Below are positions 29,601-41,560 of a DNA stretch of 64,000 nt, piece after piece (within the stretch, counting starts at the first letter, position 1; each line of letters opens with the position of its first letter). Location: the NCBI GenBank assembly GCA_965205865.1, contig CBDBHR010000030.1:480001-544000 (forward strand), given 5' to 3'. The position numbers and the translations under genes were made by a program. A model generated the notes under the pieces. That model was not told the origin of the DNA. It was given only the letters and a program-made list of their open reading frames with translations, and searched no databases. The DNA is from a bacterium. GTDB taxonomy: Bacteria > SAR324 > NAC60-12.

Positions 29601-29644
29601 GAAAATTCTTTGTTCTCTTAATACCGGATACTTGAATTAACGAT

Positions 29645-31171
29645 ATGCCGCTCCTTGATGAATTGATCGCCCAAAACCTCATTGAGGAAAATACTCTAAC
29701 CCACTTGGGACCTCAATTCCGTCAATCCAGAGATATCGAAAGTCTACGCCAGTTGACAAAGCAGCAGTTGATTGATGAAAATCAACTGCTGCCCTTTTTT
29801 TCTCAGCGTTACCAGATTCCCTTGTTGACGGAAGCGTCGGAAATTCCTCAGTCATTTCCTGATTCCACCCTCGCTCGAAACATCTATCAGGAAGCTAAGA
29901 TATTACTGGTTTCTTTCGGATCAAAAGTGGGTGGTCTGCTATCGCTGCATTCTGATTTGTTGAGTCTGGATAAAGTCACTTATCATTTCGACGCGCCTTT
30001 GTCCTGGTATTGGAGCACCTCCCATCATATTGAATCATTCCGGCAATTGTCGGATGATGCGGAGTTGGTTCATGCGGATATGTCCGTTGTGGAATTGACT
30101 TACCATATTCTGGAACAAGCCATTGCCCAGCGCTGTTCCGATATTCATCTGGAGTCCAGAGATGAGACATTCATCGTACGTTTCCGCTTGGATGGTCGCT
30201 TGCACGACGAAATGGAACTTCCCACGGAATTACAGTCGCCATTACTTTCTCGTCTTAAAATTCTTGCAGGCATGGATGTCGCCGTGAAACGCCGTCCTCA
30301 AGATGGCTACTATAAATTCCTGGCCAGCGGAGGAGATCGATTCGATTTGAGAGTCTCTTCTCTGCCCACGGAGCTGGGAGAAAAAATGGTTCTCCGTTTA
30401 TTGGATCAAACACCAGTGCAATACAAACTGGAAGTCCTTGGATTTTCTCCCGAAGATTTGAAAGTTTTATACAATGCCTGCCGCATGCACAGTGGATTGA
30501 TCTTGGTGGTTGGTCCAACCGGTAGTGGCAAAACCACAACCCTGTATGCCATGCTCAATGAAATGAATTCCCGGGAAAAGAACATCATGACGGTGGAAGA
30601 GCCTGTCGAATATCATCTTGCGGACATCAACCAGGTCTCGGTGAAGTCTGAACACGATTTGACGTTTGCTCAAACACTGAAAGCCTTTTTAAGGCAGGAT
30701 CCCGACATCATTCTGGTTGGAGAAATTCGAGATGAGGAAACCGCGTCCATCGCCATCAAAGCAGCCTTGACCGGCCATCTGGTCTTATCCACCCTACACA
30801 GCATCGACGCGGTGACCACCATACAGCGCATGAAAAATTTGGGTGTGACCCCGGATCTTTTAGCGGATACTTTGAAAGTGATTCTTTCTCAACGCTTGGT
30901 ACGCCGCCTGTGCGCGCATTCTCGAGAGAAGGAAAAAGCTGTTTGTTCTCGATGTCGGGGAACAGGTTATTCCGGCAGGGTCCCCGCCTATGAAATCCTG
31001 AGAGTCAACCGTACGATCAGTGAACGCATCAAATCCGGCATACAGGGCAACGAACTGATTGCGCCGGGGGAAAACATATTTTTTCATTCTTTTTCACAAA
31101 CAATCCAACGTCTGATCAACGAAGGTTTTACGGATCGAAACGAAGTCGAAACCATCCTCCTGGATCTTTGA
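29645..31171 (+). CDS. GspE/PilB family secretion ATPase
   Basis: [48 protein letters not shown]. Confidence 0.92.
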   Translation: MPLLDELIAQNLIEENTLTHLGPQFRQSRDIESLRQLTKQQLIDENQLLPFFSQRYQIPLLTEASEIPQSFPDSTLARNIYQEAKILLVSFGSKVGGLLSLHSDLLSLDKVTYHFDAPLSWYWSTSHHIESFRQLSDDAELVHADMSVVELTYHILEQAIAQRCSDIHLESRDETFIVRFRLDGRLHDEMELPTELQSPLLSRLKILAGMDVAVKRRPQDGYYKFLASGGDRFDLRVSSLPTELGEKMVLRLLDQTPVQYKLEVLGFSPEDLKVLYNACRMHSGLILVVGPTGSGKTTTLYAMLNEMNSREKNIMTVEEPVEYHLADINQVSVKSEHDLTFAQTLKAFLRQDPDIILVGEIRDEETASIAIKAALTGHLVLSTLHSIDAVTTIQRMKNLGVTPDLLADTLKVILSQRLVRRLCAHSREKEKAVCSRCRGTGYSGRVPAYEILRVNRTISERIKSGIQGNELIAPGENIFFHSFSQTIQRLINEGFTDRNEVETILLDL

Positions 31172-31174
31172 GTC

Positions 31175-31310
31175 TCTGCTTCAACTCGGCCATACAGCTG
31201 TCGTTTCGCCTCGGCAACAATTGCATTTCCTGGTCCTACCAAGATAGCCACGGCTTGGATGCTTTCAATAGCCAAAGCCTTCGAAACCATTGCTTGCGCT
31301 CCCCCTGCTA
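31175..31310 (-). pseudogene. short histidinol dehydrogenase-family remnant
   Basis: The reverse strand reads GGAQAM...[28 protein letters not shown]. Confidence 0.65.
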
Positions 31311-31610
31311 TCTCTCATCATTCAACAACGTCTTCCCCGGTTACAGAACGCAGCAGCGCTCCCTTGGTATATTCGTTCGATTTTATACTCTGATGGTGCT
31401 AAAACACCTTCATGGAAAATTTGAGAAAGGTATTGGATACAGTTGCCATTGATTGCGTGCTCTCATCGAGAAAAGCCCTTCCAATCAATTTTTTAAAGCC
31501 TTACTTGACACAGGGGGCATTCACCTGCCAATGTTGATCTGATGTTTCAACGAATAAACCAAATAAATTAGAACTCGAAATTCACATAAATTCCCGTTCC
31601 TCGAGCAATC

Positions 31611-32933
31611 ATGAGCATTGCGGATTCCTCAATCCCTGCATCCGAAACCCGGGCGTCCACTCCGATCCGAGTGATGATTTTTGGCGTAGGCGCGTTTGCG
31701 CATGCCATGATGGCCATTTTAAAAGAACAGGGCGCCGAGATTTGTTGCTACTTGACCCGGGATTACGGACACTATGGTCCTTCCTCAGTGGGAAAAACCT
31801 GGTTGTTCTCAAATCACCCATCGCCTCTGCCTTTGATCACGGAATTTCGCCCCGACTATGTCATTCCCATGTCCATTGATTGGCACAATGAGCCTTGGGC
31901 AGCCGCACTTCTGGAAAAACAGATACCTATTTTATGTCCGCTGGGAGAAGCTCTCCAAATCGAAGCGACCCGTCAATACGCCTTGCAACTCTGCCGCCGT
32001 TTTGAAATCCCTTTTCCGGTGGCGTACACCGTCAGCAACCGCTTGGAAGCCTTACAACTGATGAAGAAATACCCACACCCCTATGTTCTGAAAAACCCGC
32101 TTTGCTCTCCTTACAGTCCTATGCATACGATTGTTTGTGAATCGGTGGAAGATACCTTGGGATGGCTGGACCGGATTGATTATGCCGAAGGGGTGTTCCT
32201 TCAACAGTACATAGGAGTGGCAGAAGTCGGTCATTTTGTATTCGTGAGCAATGGAGAGATCAGCAGTCTGGTCACCAACCAGGAATACAAGCGCGCATTT
32301 ACGGGTAACATGGGACCTGTGGCCGGAGCTCCTCTCGGTGGTATTGTTGAACAAGACCCCGAGGACCGCTATGGTCTGGCAAAATCCCTCATACACCCCT
32401 TGCTACCTTGGCTGAAAGAAACCCGCTATCACGGTCCTTTGCAGGTGACGGCAATCCGCAAAGACGGGCAATGGCACGTAATTGAATACAATGCCCGACT
32501 GGGTGTCACCTCAGGCGCCATCATCCTGCGGATGCTTAAAAATCCTGCCCGGACTCTGATGGACGTTGCCCAAAACCGTTCTCTTCAATTAATCTGGAAT
32601 CCTCATCGCCGTTACGGGGTCAGTTTGACTCTGGCGGGACATGGTTACCCATATGTCATTCCCACAACACCTCGATTGCCCATCACCCAAACTCATCCAT
32701 CGACCTGTGATCTCTGGTGGAACGAAGTGCGGCAATGCGGCCAACAACTCTATACGGCTCATCACAAAATACCCATCATGGGACATCGCATTGCTGACTG
32801 CAATGCTTTCGCGGAAAACCTGGATCAAGCGCTCGAGCATGCTTACCAAAACATCAAATCACTCCGTTGTCTTGGCAGCTACTACCGTCTGGACATTGGC
32901 CAATCTCTTTGGCCTCCGGGGCAGGGTTATTGA
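31611..32933 (+). CDS. divergent PurD-like ATP-grasp ligase
   Basis: NQEYKRAFTGNMGP and VIEYNARLG resemble PurD. Canonical GGREHA and KADGLAAGKGV are absent. Confidence 0.7.
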   Translation: MSIADSSIPASETRASTPIRVMIFGVGAFAHAMMAILKEQGAEICCYLTRDYGHYGPSSVGKTWLFSNHPSPLPLITEFRPDYVIPMSIDWHNEPWAAALLEKQIPILCPLGEALQIEATRQYALQLCRRFEIPFPVAYTVSNRLEALQLMKKYPHPYVLKNPLCSPYSPMHTIVCESVEDTLGWLDRIDYAEGVFLQQYIGVAEVGHFVFVSNGEISSLVTNQEYKRAFTGNMGPVAGAPLGGIVEQDPEDRYGLAKSLIHPLLPWLKETRYHGPLQVTAIRKDGQWHVIEYNARLGVTSGAIILRMLKNPARTLMDVAQNRSLQLIWNPHRRYGVSLTLAGHGYPYVIPTTPRLPITQTHPSTCDLWWNEVRQCGQQLYTAHHKIPIMGHRIADCNAFAENLDQALEHAYQNIKSLRCLGSYYRLDIGQSLWPPGQGY

Positions 32934-33212
32934 TACCAGAATTGAGCAATTCCGGAAAAGAATCGGATTTTTAAACGGTTTCCTTCGAGCGAAGACCCTC
33001 CGCATGATCATTGATTCGATGTTTTTTCCATTTGCGTTTCCTCCAATTCCCGCCAGAGGTTCCCTCCGGGATTCCCGACTATTCCCCAAAGCCAGAGAGC
33101 GTCGCAGCGTCATTTAACCTTACTACACTTCTGACAGCATTAATATTGCTCTTGACTAATTTCGAGGGGGAGGTAGCTTAGGTTCTTTTCAATTTCAAAA
33201 AGGAGAAAAACC

Positions 33213-34142
33213 ATGAAATTCGGTACGCAACTCAATATCTATCGGACCCAATGGGACGAGATTCATCCCTATATCCTGGCGATGGAGGCAGGGCGATGGA
33301 ACAGCCTGTGGTTGCCTGATCACTTCCTGCCACCTGTCTCCATCGGGATTCCCCGCGAGCAGGATGAGCTGAACCCGGCCTACGAAGCATTCATTCCCCT
33401 GGCGGTGGTCGCGGGGATGACGAAACGGATCAAGCTGGGCAGTTTGGTATTGGGCAACCCCTACCGCAATCCTGCGCTGGTAGCCAAAATGGCCGCAGAA
33501 CTTGATCAGGCCTCCAAAGGCCGCTTCATCCTGGGGATCGGAGCAGGTTGGTTCAAGCGCGAACACCAGGCTTACGGTTGGGATTTCCCATCCATGAAAG
33601 AACGGCATGACCGGTTGGATGAGGCCTGTGAATTGATCCGCAAACTTTTTACGGAAGAAGCTCCCGCCGATTTCCGGGGTCAGTATTATCAACTGGAGCG
33701 GGCCCCGCTCTCCCCAGGTTGTTATCAAAGGCCTCATGTCCCAATCATGATCGGTGGAAATGGAGAACGCCGCACGTTGCGCACCTTGGCACGGTATGGC
33801 GATATCTACAATTTCAACGGTTGGCATGGGATGGATGTCGAAGTGTTCAAGCACAAACTCAACGTGATCGCGCGGCATTGCGAAGACATCGAGCGGGATC
33901 CGGCAGAGATCAAATTAACGGTGCATTTCCCCTTGCGACTTGCTGAAACCGACGTGGAACAGGAACGCATCCGCCAGGAAAATCCGGGATGGGTGGTCGG
34001 ATCGCGAAACTTCCACATTGATTTGATCGGGGAGTTTGAGAAAGCCGGTGCCGAGGAGATGTGCTGCGCCATATTCGGCGATATCGAAGAGTTGCAGCGT
34101 GTTGATGACGAGATCATTGCGGCGTTTGATTGTTCTCAATGA
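33213..34142 (+). CDS. LLM-class flavin/F420-dependent oxidoreductase
   Basis: WLPDHF, T.RIKLG.LV..NPYRNPALVAKMA..LD..S.GRFILGIGAGW, PIMIGG.GE. Confidence 0.9.
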   Translation: MKFGTQLNIYRTQWDEIHPYILAMEAGRWNSLWLPDHFLPPVSIGIPREQDELNPAYEAFIPLAVVAGMTKRIKLGSLVLGNPYRNPALVAKMAAELDQASKGRFILGIGAGWFKREHQAYGWDFPSMKERHDRLDEACELIRKLFTEEAPADFRGQYYQLERAPLSPGCYQRPHVPIMIGGNGERRTLRTLARYGDIYNFNGWHGMDVEVFKHKLNVIARHCEDIERDPAEIKLTVHFPLRLAETDVEQERIRQENPGWVVGSRNFHIDLIGEFEKAGAEEMCCAIFGDIEELQRVDDEIIAAFDCSQ

Positions 34143-34379
34143 GTTGATTCAATAGGGTTAAGCGTGGGTTTGAGTGAGAGCCTGAATACAACTAAAGTTG
34201 GAGTAGACATCTTTCACATGCCAGGTGGGAATTTCCTGAGGTGAGGAGAACTCGGAGAGAGGAAATGTATAGCGACCATCACTGACGGCGGTCTGGACGG
34301 ACTAAATATCGCCACCCCGCCAGGTTGTCGAGGAATTCTGAGACCAGAAAGACCCGATCTCTGTACACTGACTTTGCCA

Positions 34380-34610
34380 TTATGCTGCAATAGAATGACT
34401 CTCGAATAGTTTTTGCTTAACCTCGTCAGGTAACTCAACAATCGCAAAGTGTTGCTTGGAATAAAGGAAGTCCTCCCCGAACTCATTCCGGACTCGAATC
34501 AAATTCGAATCTGCTTCCGATTCATCCGCTTTCGCCTGATAAATTTTCCCTGAGATGAAGTCAGGGGCTCCCTCTTGCGACAGACACACGACACTGAAAT
34601 CTTTACTCAT
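34380..34610 (-). CDS. small hypothetical protein, second gene of a TA-like pair
   Basis: MSKDFSVVC...KIY...D..A....LIRV.NEFGEDFLY. Its ATG overlaps the end of the upstream gene by 8 nt. Confidence 0.7.
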   Translation of the reverse strand: MSKDFSVVCLSQEGAPDFISGKIYQAKADESEADSNLIRVRNEFGEDFLYSKQHFAIVELPDEVKQKLFESHSIAA

Positions 34611-34851
34611 CGATTTGCTCAATTTTATATTTGACCCTGAAATGGCATTTGGCCTTACCGTGGGCTTCACAGAAATGAATCTCCGCCAGCCACCTTGTTT
34701 GCGTTTCCTTGTCTAAAATCTTAGCAGTTCCTTTTTTATATTGCCAGGAAGCTTTTCCAAAAACTTGATTGAGATACGCTTTTAAGTCCGGATTCTCGAC
34801 CTTGCCGATCAATTCAATGTTGATAATTTTGCCGAGGATTTCAAAATCCAT
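34603..34851 (-). CDS. small hypothetical protein, first gene of a TA-like pair
   Basis: MDFEILG.I...W..KKG.A......AEIHFCEAHG..K. Confidence 0.7.
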   Translation of the reverse strand: MDFEILGKIINIELIGKVENPDLKAYLNQVFGKASWQYKKGTAKILDKETQTRWLAEIHFCEAHGKAKCHFRVKYKIEQIDE

Positions 34852-34881
34852 TTGGAATAATGGCATTGCTTTTAAATGTTA

Positions 34882-36582
34882 CCTAAATCCTGCAATTAGA
34901 TGACAATCAAACATGGAAATGGTAATATACTCAAATAGTTAACACCAGAATCAACATTTTAAGAGATCACCATTACCATGAAAAACAAACGTAGCGCAAG
35001 ATCGGCAAGAACGACAGCAAAAAACATCCATATCAGCCAGGGAGGCAGAGACCTGACCGCGCAAGCAGGCTTGATTCCGGTTGTCAAATTTTTTCACAAA
35101 GAAGGGATTGTTTCAAAGACAGAGCAGACCGTAGATCATCGGCGTGGCGCCACGGGTCTTTATGACGCGGTGGACATGGTCATTTTGTCGGTGGTCGGCA
35201 TTGTTGGTGGCGCCCGTTCGATTCGTTCGATTGTGACAGTTTGGAACGACCGTGTTTTGAGTCGTGTGGCCGGTTGGCTGAGGATTCCGGATGAAACCAC
35301 ATTCGGCCGGATACTGCGTACTTTCACACAGAAAAACATCAATGAGATGGAGAGCTTGAACCATCGGATTCGAGCCGGTATCTGGCGTAAGGCGCTTCGA
35401 AGTGGGACAAGCATCGTTGGGGTGTTACACTGTCTTGTGATTGACGTGGACTCCACTGTGAAAACGGCCTACGGCAAGCAGCAAGGAGTGTCTGTCGGAT
35501 ATAATCCCCACAAACGCGGTGCAGCTTCGTATCATCCTCTGCTGGCATTTTGCGCAGAGACAAAGGAGATTCTTCAGGGTTGGCTTCGTGATGGGAGTGC
35601 CTATACCAGCAATGGAGTCGTTGAATTCATGCGGCAACTTCTCGCTCACCTTCCAAATCGGACTCGCACTCTGTTTCGTGGAGACAGTGGTTTTTTTGTG
35701 GGGGATTTGCTGGATTTCCTCGAAGAACGAGGCCATGGCTATCTGATCAAGGTCAAACTCAAGGGGCTTGTCTCGTTGTTGGAAACCCAAAAATGGCAAA
35801 AAGTGAAGGGGCAGCCCGCTTGGGAAGGGTGTGAGTTTTCCCACCAATGTGAAACTTGGAGGAGGTCAAGAAAATTCATGGCCGTACGCAGGGAGAAAGA
35901 GGAGGAACTCAAAGGGATGGCCACCCTCTTTGAGATGAAGGAGTACGATTATTTTTGTTATGTTCTCACTGACGCGCTCACTCCCTGGCAGGCTCACAAA
36001 GAGTATGGCCAAAGGACGGTCGCTGAGACATGGATTGAGGAAGCAAAAAATCAAACTGCGCTGGCTCAGATTAAAACCGACGATTTTTGGGCCAACAGTG
36101 CCTTGTTCCAATGCGCGATACTCGCTTACAACACGCTGAAATTCGCTGGATGGCCCTTTGTAGTGGTAACGCAATACTGCGCCGTTGGGAACCGGCCACC
36201 ATGCGCACCTATCTTGTCCGAATGGCAGGAAAATGGACGAGTGGCGCTCGTCAACAAAAACTGAGAGTTCCGGAAAGAACACTTTACAATGCTCAATGGG
36301 ATGCATGGGTCGCTGTTGGAGAGACCTGGATCCTTTGTTTCACTCCAGTGGATACATTTTGCTGAGATGTAGATTCCCAAATCCAGGGAGAAGTACGTCT
36401 TGAATCTTGTGCCCGCGAAAGCGGGTATCAGATCATCACAAAATATGACGATCTAATGGAGGGCGGAAAAACCTTTATGAGCAAGGACTGATGGAAATTC
36501 AACTCTCAAATCCTTTTTTTTAAAAAAACCTCTCAAAGAGTGGGGGGAAACTCAATCAAAATATTCAATTGCAGGATTTAGG
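34882..36582 (+). mobile_element. IS1380-family insertion sequence, 1701 bp
   Basis: Perfect 16-bp IRs CCTAAATCCTGCAATT / AATTGCAGGATTTAGG, and a 5-bp TSD TGTTA at 34877-34881 and 36583-36587. Confidence 0.92.
34978..36365 (+). pseudogene. IS1380 transposase, frameshifted near 36136
   Basis: T..AGL, IDVDST, YHPL, RGDSGF, Y.QR..AE.WIEE.K, AYN. The C-terminus IRWMAL... continues in another frame. Confidence 0.85.
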
Positions 36583-36948
36583 TGTTAAGTAACTGTTACT
36601 CGCTGACTGACAAAAGTATCAGTTTTTGTCAATGAGTGTTCTCCCTTCGGTCGAGCGGTTCGCCGATGCGATGAATAGTAAAATGTGCTCAACGGGGAGT
36701 TTTTTGACCCCTGCTGAGGTTAAATAACCTGAGTTCGAGATAATAATTTAATAAATTCAATATGTTATGGAATCTTCATATCTTAGAGAAACCTTGTAAT
36801 TATTGAGGGGATTTTATATATTCAACTCTTGAAAATAATCCTTGTTTGGTTCAGGCTGTGCCGGGTTAGTTGTTAGCCAAAAACGGTAGGTTCCGGTCTG
36901 AGTTCGAGCGCATGCGGTGGCGACCCCCCGCTGCCCCATAAGATGGTT

Positions 36949-37887
36949 TTATAAATGAACCTTCAATTGGGTGAGGGCTTGTTCTATTTCGTGTTGGTAA
37001 GCCGTGGAGGGGGCTGTGCCGTATCGAGTGACGGAAATACCAGCCGCAGTATTGGCATAGCGAATAGCCTCCATCAATTCCATTCCCTGACTCAAAGCGG
37101 TCACGAAGCTGCCGTTGAAAGCGTCACCGGCCCCGGTGGTGTCGATCACCGGATCCTGCAAAATGATGGCGGGTACATGTTTGAACAAGGATGCGTTTTT
37201 GAGGACGACACCATGTTCTCCAAAAGTGATGATCACATTTTTAACTCCTCGCTCCAAAAAGAAATCCGCTGCTTTTTCAGCATCTGCGACGGTTTTTACG
37301 GAAATCCCCGACAGCGACGAAGCTTCTACTTCATTGGGCGTGAGAAAATCACAAAGTGGATAAATCGAATCCGGCAACTCGTGGGCGGGGGCGGGATTGA
37401 GAATGACCGGGACCTGATGCTCACTGGCGAGTTCCAATGCTTTGAAAGTAGCGTCCAAAGGCATTTCCAATTGTGTCATGAAATAAGCTGAATTCCGGAT
37501 GTGTAATTCGACCTGCATGATTTCCTCCACGGTAAACGTTGAAGCAGCAGCCGGGCAGACGACAATCGCGTTACGACCCGTACTTTCCTCCAGCATGATG
37601 GACGCTATCCCGGTAGGTTGGTTTTCATCGCGAATGATCAAATCCGTATGGACGCCCTCATTCTTATAATGCTCCAACGCCATATCCCCATAGAGGTCCG
37701 CCCCGATTTTGGCGATGAAGTTCACCCTGCCTCCTGCCCGGCTGGCTGCAATGGCCTGGTTGGAACCCTTGCCACCCGGACCCATGGAAAAGTGCCCCAT
37801 CAAGGTTTCTCCCGCAATCGGAATTCTTTCGGAACGAAAGTTCATATCCACTACGTATATGCCAAATATCGTAATTGCTTTGCTCAT
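36949..37887 (-). CDS. rbsK: ribokinase (PfkB family)
   Basis: PGGKGSNQAIA, QLE, LNPAPA, TPNEVEA, DTTGAGDAF. GGAG RBS before ATG 37887. Confidence 0.88.
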   Translation of the reverse strand: MSKAITIFGIYVVDMNFRSERIPIAGETLMGHFSMGPGGKGSNQAIAASRAGGRVNFIAKIGADLYGDMALEHYKNEGVHTDLIIRDENQPTGIASIMLEESTGRNAIVVCPAAASTFTVEEIMQVELHIRNSAYFMTQLEMPLDATFKALELASEHQVPVILNPAPAHELPDSIYPLCDFLTPNEVEASSLSGISVKTVADAEKAADFFLERGVKNVIITFGEHGVVLKNASLFKHVPAIILQDPVIDTTGAGDAFNGSFVTALSQGMELMEAIRYANTAAGISVTRYGTAPSTAYQHEIEQALTQLKVHL

Positions 37888-38414
37888 ATTCAGGTCTCCA
37901 TGCAATCTCTCGTTGATGTTGTCTGACCTCGAGAACGGTTTTAACTCGTTTTCATTCCGGGAATTGTTCATTCCTATCAAAAATTCGTTTGCATTACCAT
38001 CTTTTTGGATCGTCATGCAATTCATGTTTTTCGTTGCCGTATTTTGGGAAATCCTTTCCTGAATTGTTCTTGACGACCGCTGAGAAAACGACAATTCTTT
38101 TGAAATGGACAATCCTCCCACAAAGCCTCGGCATTTCATCAGGGAAACCTCGTGTCCTAACAGCATTCCTCTTCTCCCCAATCATCGAAATATCATCATT
38201 CTTGCTCCGTATCTCTCAGTATTTCAGAATTGCTTTATTTGAATAAAATTATTGGAACTTGACGAGATTCTCTAATCCTAATATGGTTTGATGATCATGT
38301 ATTAGTGAGAAGAGACCAAGCAATGTAATCGCGGAGAATATATGGTAAAAACAAGCGCACACTCCGCTATGCGCTTTAGTTACCCCCGGTTTGCTGATAC
38401 CCCGGAGAATCATA

Positions 38415-39935
38415 ATGCCCAAAACCCGAGGATTGATCGCTGCCGGCCATATGGCCACTGCAGAAGCTGCCGCTTCCATTTTGCGAGAAGGTGGCAACGC
38501 CTTTGACGCAGCCGTCGCCGCATTCCTCACCAGTTTTATTTCAGAACCATGCATGAACTCGGCGGGAGGTGGCGCATTCATGGTGGCCTGTGACAAAAAT
38601 GGAACTGCCTCGGTTTACGATTTTTTCGTGCAAACTCCCCAACACAAACGTCCTCGGGAGGAAATTCAGTTTTTTCCCATAGAAATCGACTATGGCGCCA
38701 CCAGGGAAATATTCCATGTAGGGATGGGTTCTGCCGGCGTGCCGGGTTCCATTGCGGGAATTTTCCAAATGCATGCGGATCGGTGCAGTCTTCCCATCAG
38801 AGTCCTGGTAGAACCGGCAATCCAGCTGGCGCGCAGTGGAGTGGAAGTGGACAGTTTCCAATACCATTCATTTCGCCTTCTCGAACCCATCCTTGCCTTG
38901 AATAAAAAAGTCTCCCAGGTCTTTTGGCGGAATGGACGGCTCATCCCGGAAGGGGAGTTGATGTTTATGCCTGAATTGGCGGACAGTCTTGATTACATGG
39001 CTCGCGAAGGAGCCGATGCATTCTATAAAGGAGAAATTGCCAGAAAACTGATCCTGCTCAATGAGGGAAGAGGCGGCCATCTCACTGCGAAAGATTTGGA
39101 AGATTACCAGGTCCGCATCCATCCACCATTGCAATTTCGCTACCGGGACCGGAAAGTGATCACCAATCCCCTCCCCAGTTTGGGCGGGAGCCTGATGGCT
39201 CTGATGTTGGCAATGCTGGAAGCGAAAGGTCCTGTCGATTATCCTCCACTGAGCCGAAACCACGTGGAACGGTTGATGGAAGTCTGTTACGATACCAGTC
39301 GGATTCCCAGAACACCGCAAAGACTTGTCGAATACCTGACACAGTGGTATCCCGGACAACGCTTTACGGCGTCCCATCACAGTGTCAAAATTGGAGGAAC
39401 CAGCCACCTGAGTATCCTGGATGAAGATGGCAATGCCGTTGCCATGTCGGTCTCGAATGGAGAAAGCTGCGGTCATTTTATCCCCAAAACCGGAATCCTG
39501 ATGAACAACATGCTGGGAGAATCCGCCCTCTTACCCAATGGTCTTCACTCCTGGGAGGAAGACGTGCGTCTCGGCTCCATGATGTCACCAACCATCGTGC
39601 TGGATAAAGAAAACAATGCGGAATTGGTGCTGGGAAGTGGAGGGGCCGGCCGTATTCCCTTCATGATTGCGCAGGTGATCCATTACGTTGTCGATCATGG
39701 AATGGAGATCGAAGAGGCCATCAACGCCCCACGGCTTCATTGCTATGACGGGCTCTGCAACCTGGAACCCGGTTTGCCCAGCGATATCCAAATGCCCTCC
39801 TTTCTGCGCGAATTTGTTTTCTGGGAGGAACAGTCTCTTTTTTTTGGCGGCGTGCACGGGATCCGCTGCCGGAACGGCAGGATGCGGGCAGAAGGAGATC
39901 AACGCCGCAGCGGGGTCATGCTTCGGGTTTATTGA
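38415..39935 (+). CDS. ggt: gamma-glutamyltransferase family protein
   Basis: GGNAFDAAVA, GGGAF, GVPG, nucleophile TSHLS..D..GN, MNN.LG, SMMSPT, APRLH. Confidence 0.9.
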   Translation: MPKTRGLIAAGHMATAEAAASILREGGNAFDAAVAAFLTSFISEPCMNSAGGGAFMVACDKNGTASVYDFFVQTPQHKRPREEIQFFPIEIDYGATREIFHVGMGSAGVPGSIAGIFQMHADRCSLPIRVLVEPAIQLARSGVEVDSFQYHSFRLLEPILALNKKVSQVFWRNGRLIPEGELMFMPELADSLDYMAREGADAFYKGEIARKLILLNEGRGGHLTAKDLEDYQVRIHPPLQFRYRDRKVITNPLPSLGGSLMALMLAMLEAKGPVDYPPLSRNHVERLMEVCYDTSRIPRTPQRLVEYLTQWYPGQRFTASHHSVKIGGTSHLSILDEDGNAVAMSVSNGESCGHFIPKTGILMNNMLGESALLPNGLHSWEEDVRLGSMMSPTIVLDKENNAELVLGSGGAGRIPFMIAQVIHYVVDHGMEIEEAINAPRLHCYDGLCNLEPGLPSDIQMPSFLREFVFWEEQSLFFGGVHGIRCRNGRMRAEGDQRRSGVMLRVY

Positions 39936-40104
39936 CCTCACTCTTCTATCAACCTTGTATTGTCTTGCAATGGTTCTGACATTTTTTTTAATTCTTAATA
40001 AATTGAAAATAAATCATTTCAAATACTTAGAAAAAGTATCTGAATTATTTACAACTTTGAGTCAGTTTCTCAGTTTGAAATAATTCAAGCAATCCCGATG
40101 ACCG

Positions 40105-40181
40105 TGTCATGCATGACTTGATCAGGCATCCAGGAGTTCTTTGGCAGGCCCCCTGGATTCCTGGGCAAGCCAGGAATGACA
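40105..40181. repeat. 77-bp composite palindromic element, copy 2
   Basis: TGTCATGCATGACTTGATCAGGCATCCAGGAGTTCTT...TGGATTCCTGGGCAAGCCAGGAATGACA. Confidence 0.75.
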
Positions 40182-40302
40182 TTGATTCTGTGTACAGAAC
40201 AAAGAATACTTCATAGGTATTTCAAAACTGTTAGAAGTATTGGTCTTGGAGATTTGTTAAAAAAGAAAAATTCAATCATCATATACCAATTTTTCATTCT
40301 GA

Positions 40303-41430
<1,128 letters not shown>

Positions 41431-41490
41431 AAAGCGTAGGAGATGACTTTGCTCCCCGTCCCCGTTTTTTTGCAATAACACGATGGGCTA

Positions 41491-41526
41491 CCCCCCTCCC
41501 CTAGCCCCTCCCTCCAGGGGAGGGGG
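41491..41526. repeat. C/G-rich REP-like palindrome; inverted copy at 51503-51536
   Basis: CCCCTCCCCTAGCCCCTCCCTC.AGGGGAGGGG is present at both loci. Confidence 0.7.
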
Positions 41527-41560
41527 ATTCTCTTGAAGCGGTATTTGGTATCAGCTCTGA

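Noticed and set aside
34143-34379. Possible IS remnant or ncRNA after the LLM gene
   Set aside because: Only a 4-5 residue resemblance to an IS110 start, and no convincing structure.
36725-36870. MITE-like end TAACCTGAGTTCGA, with a similar inverted sequence near 45251-45266
   Set aside because: No matching partner IR or TSD could be defined.
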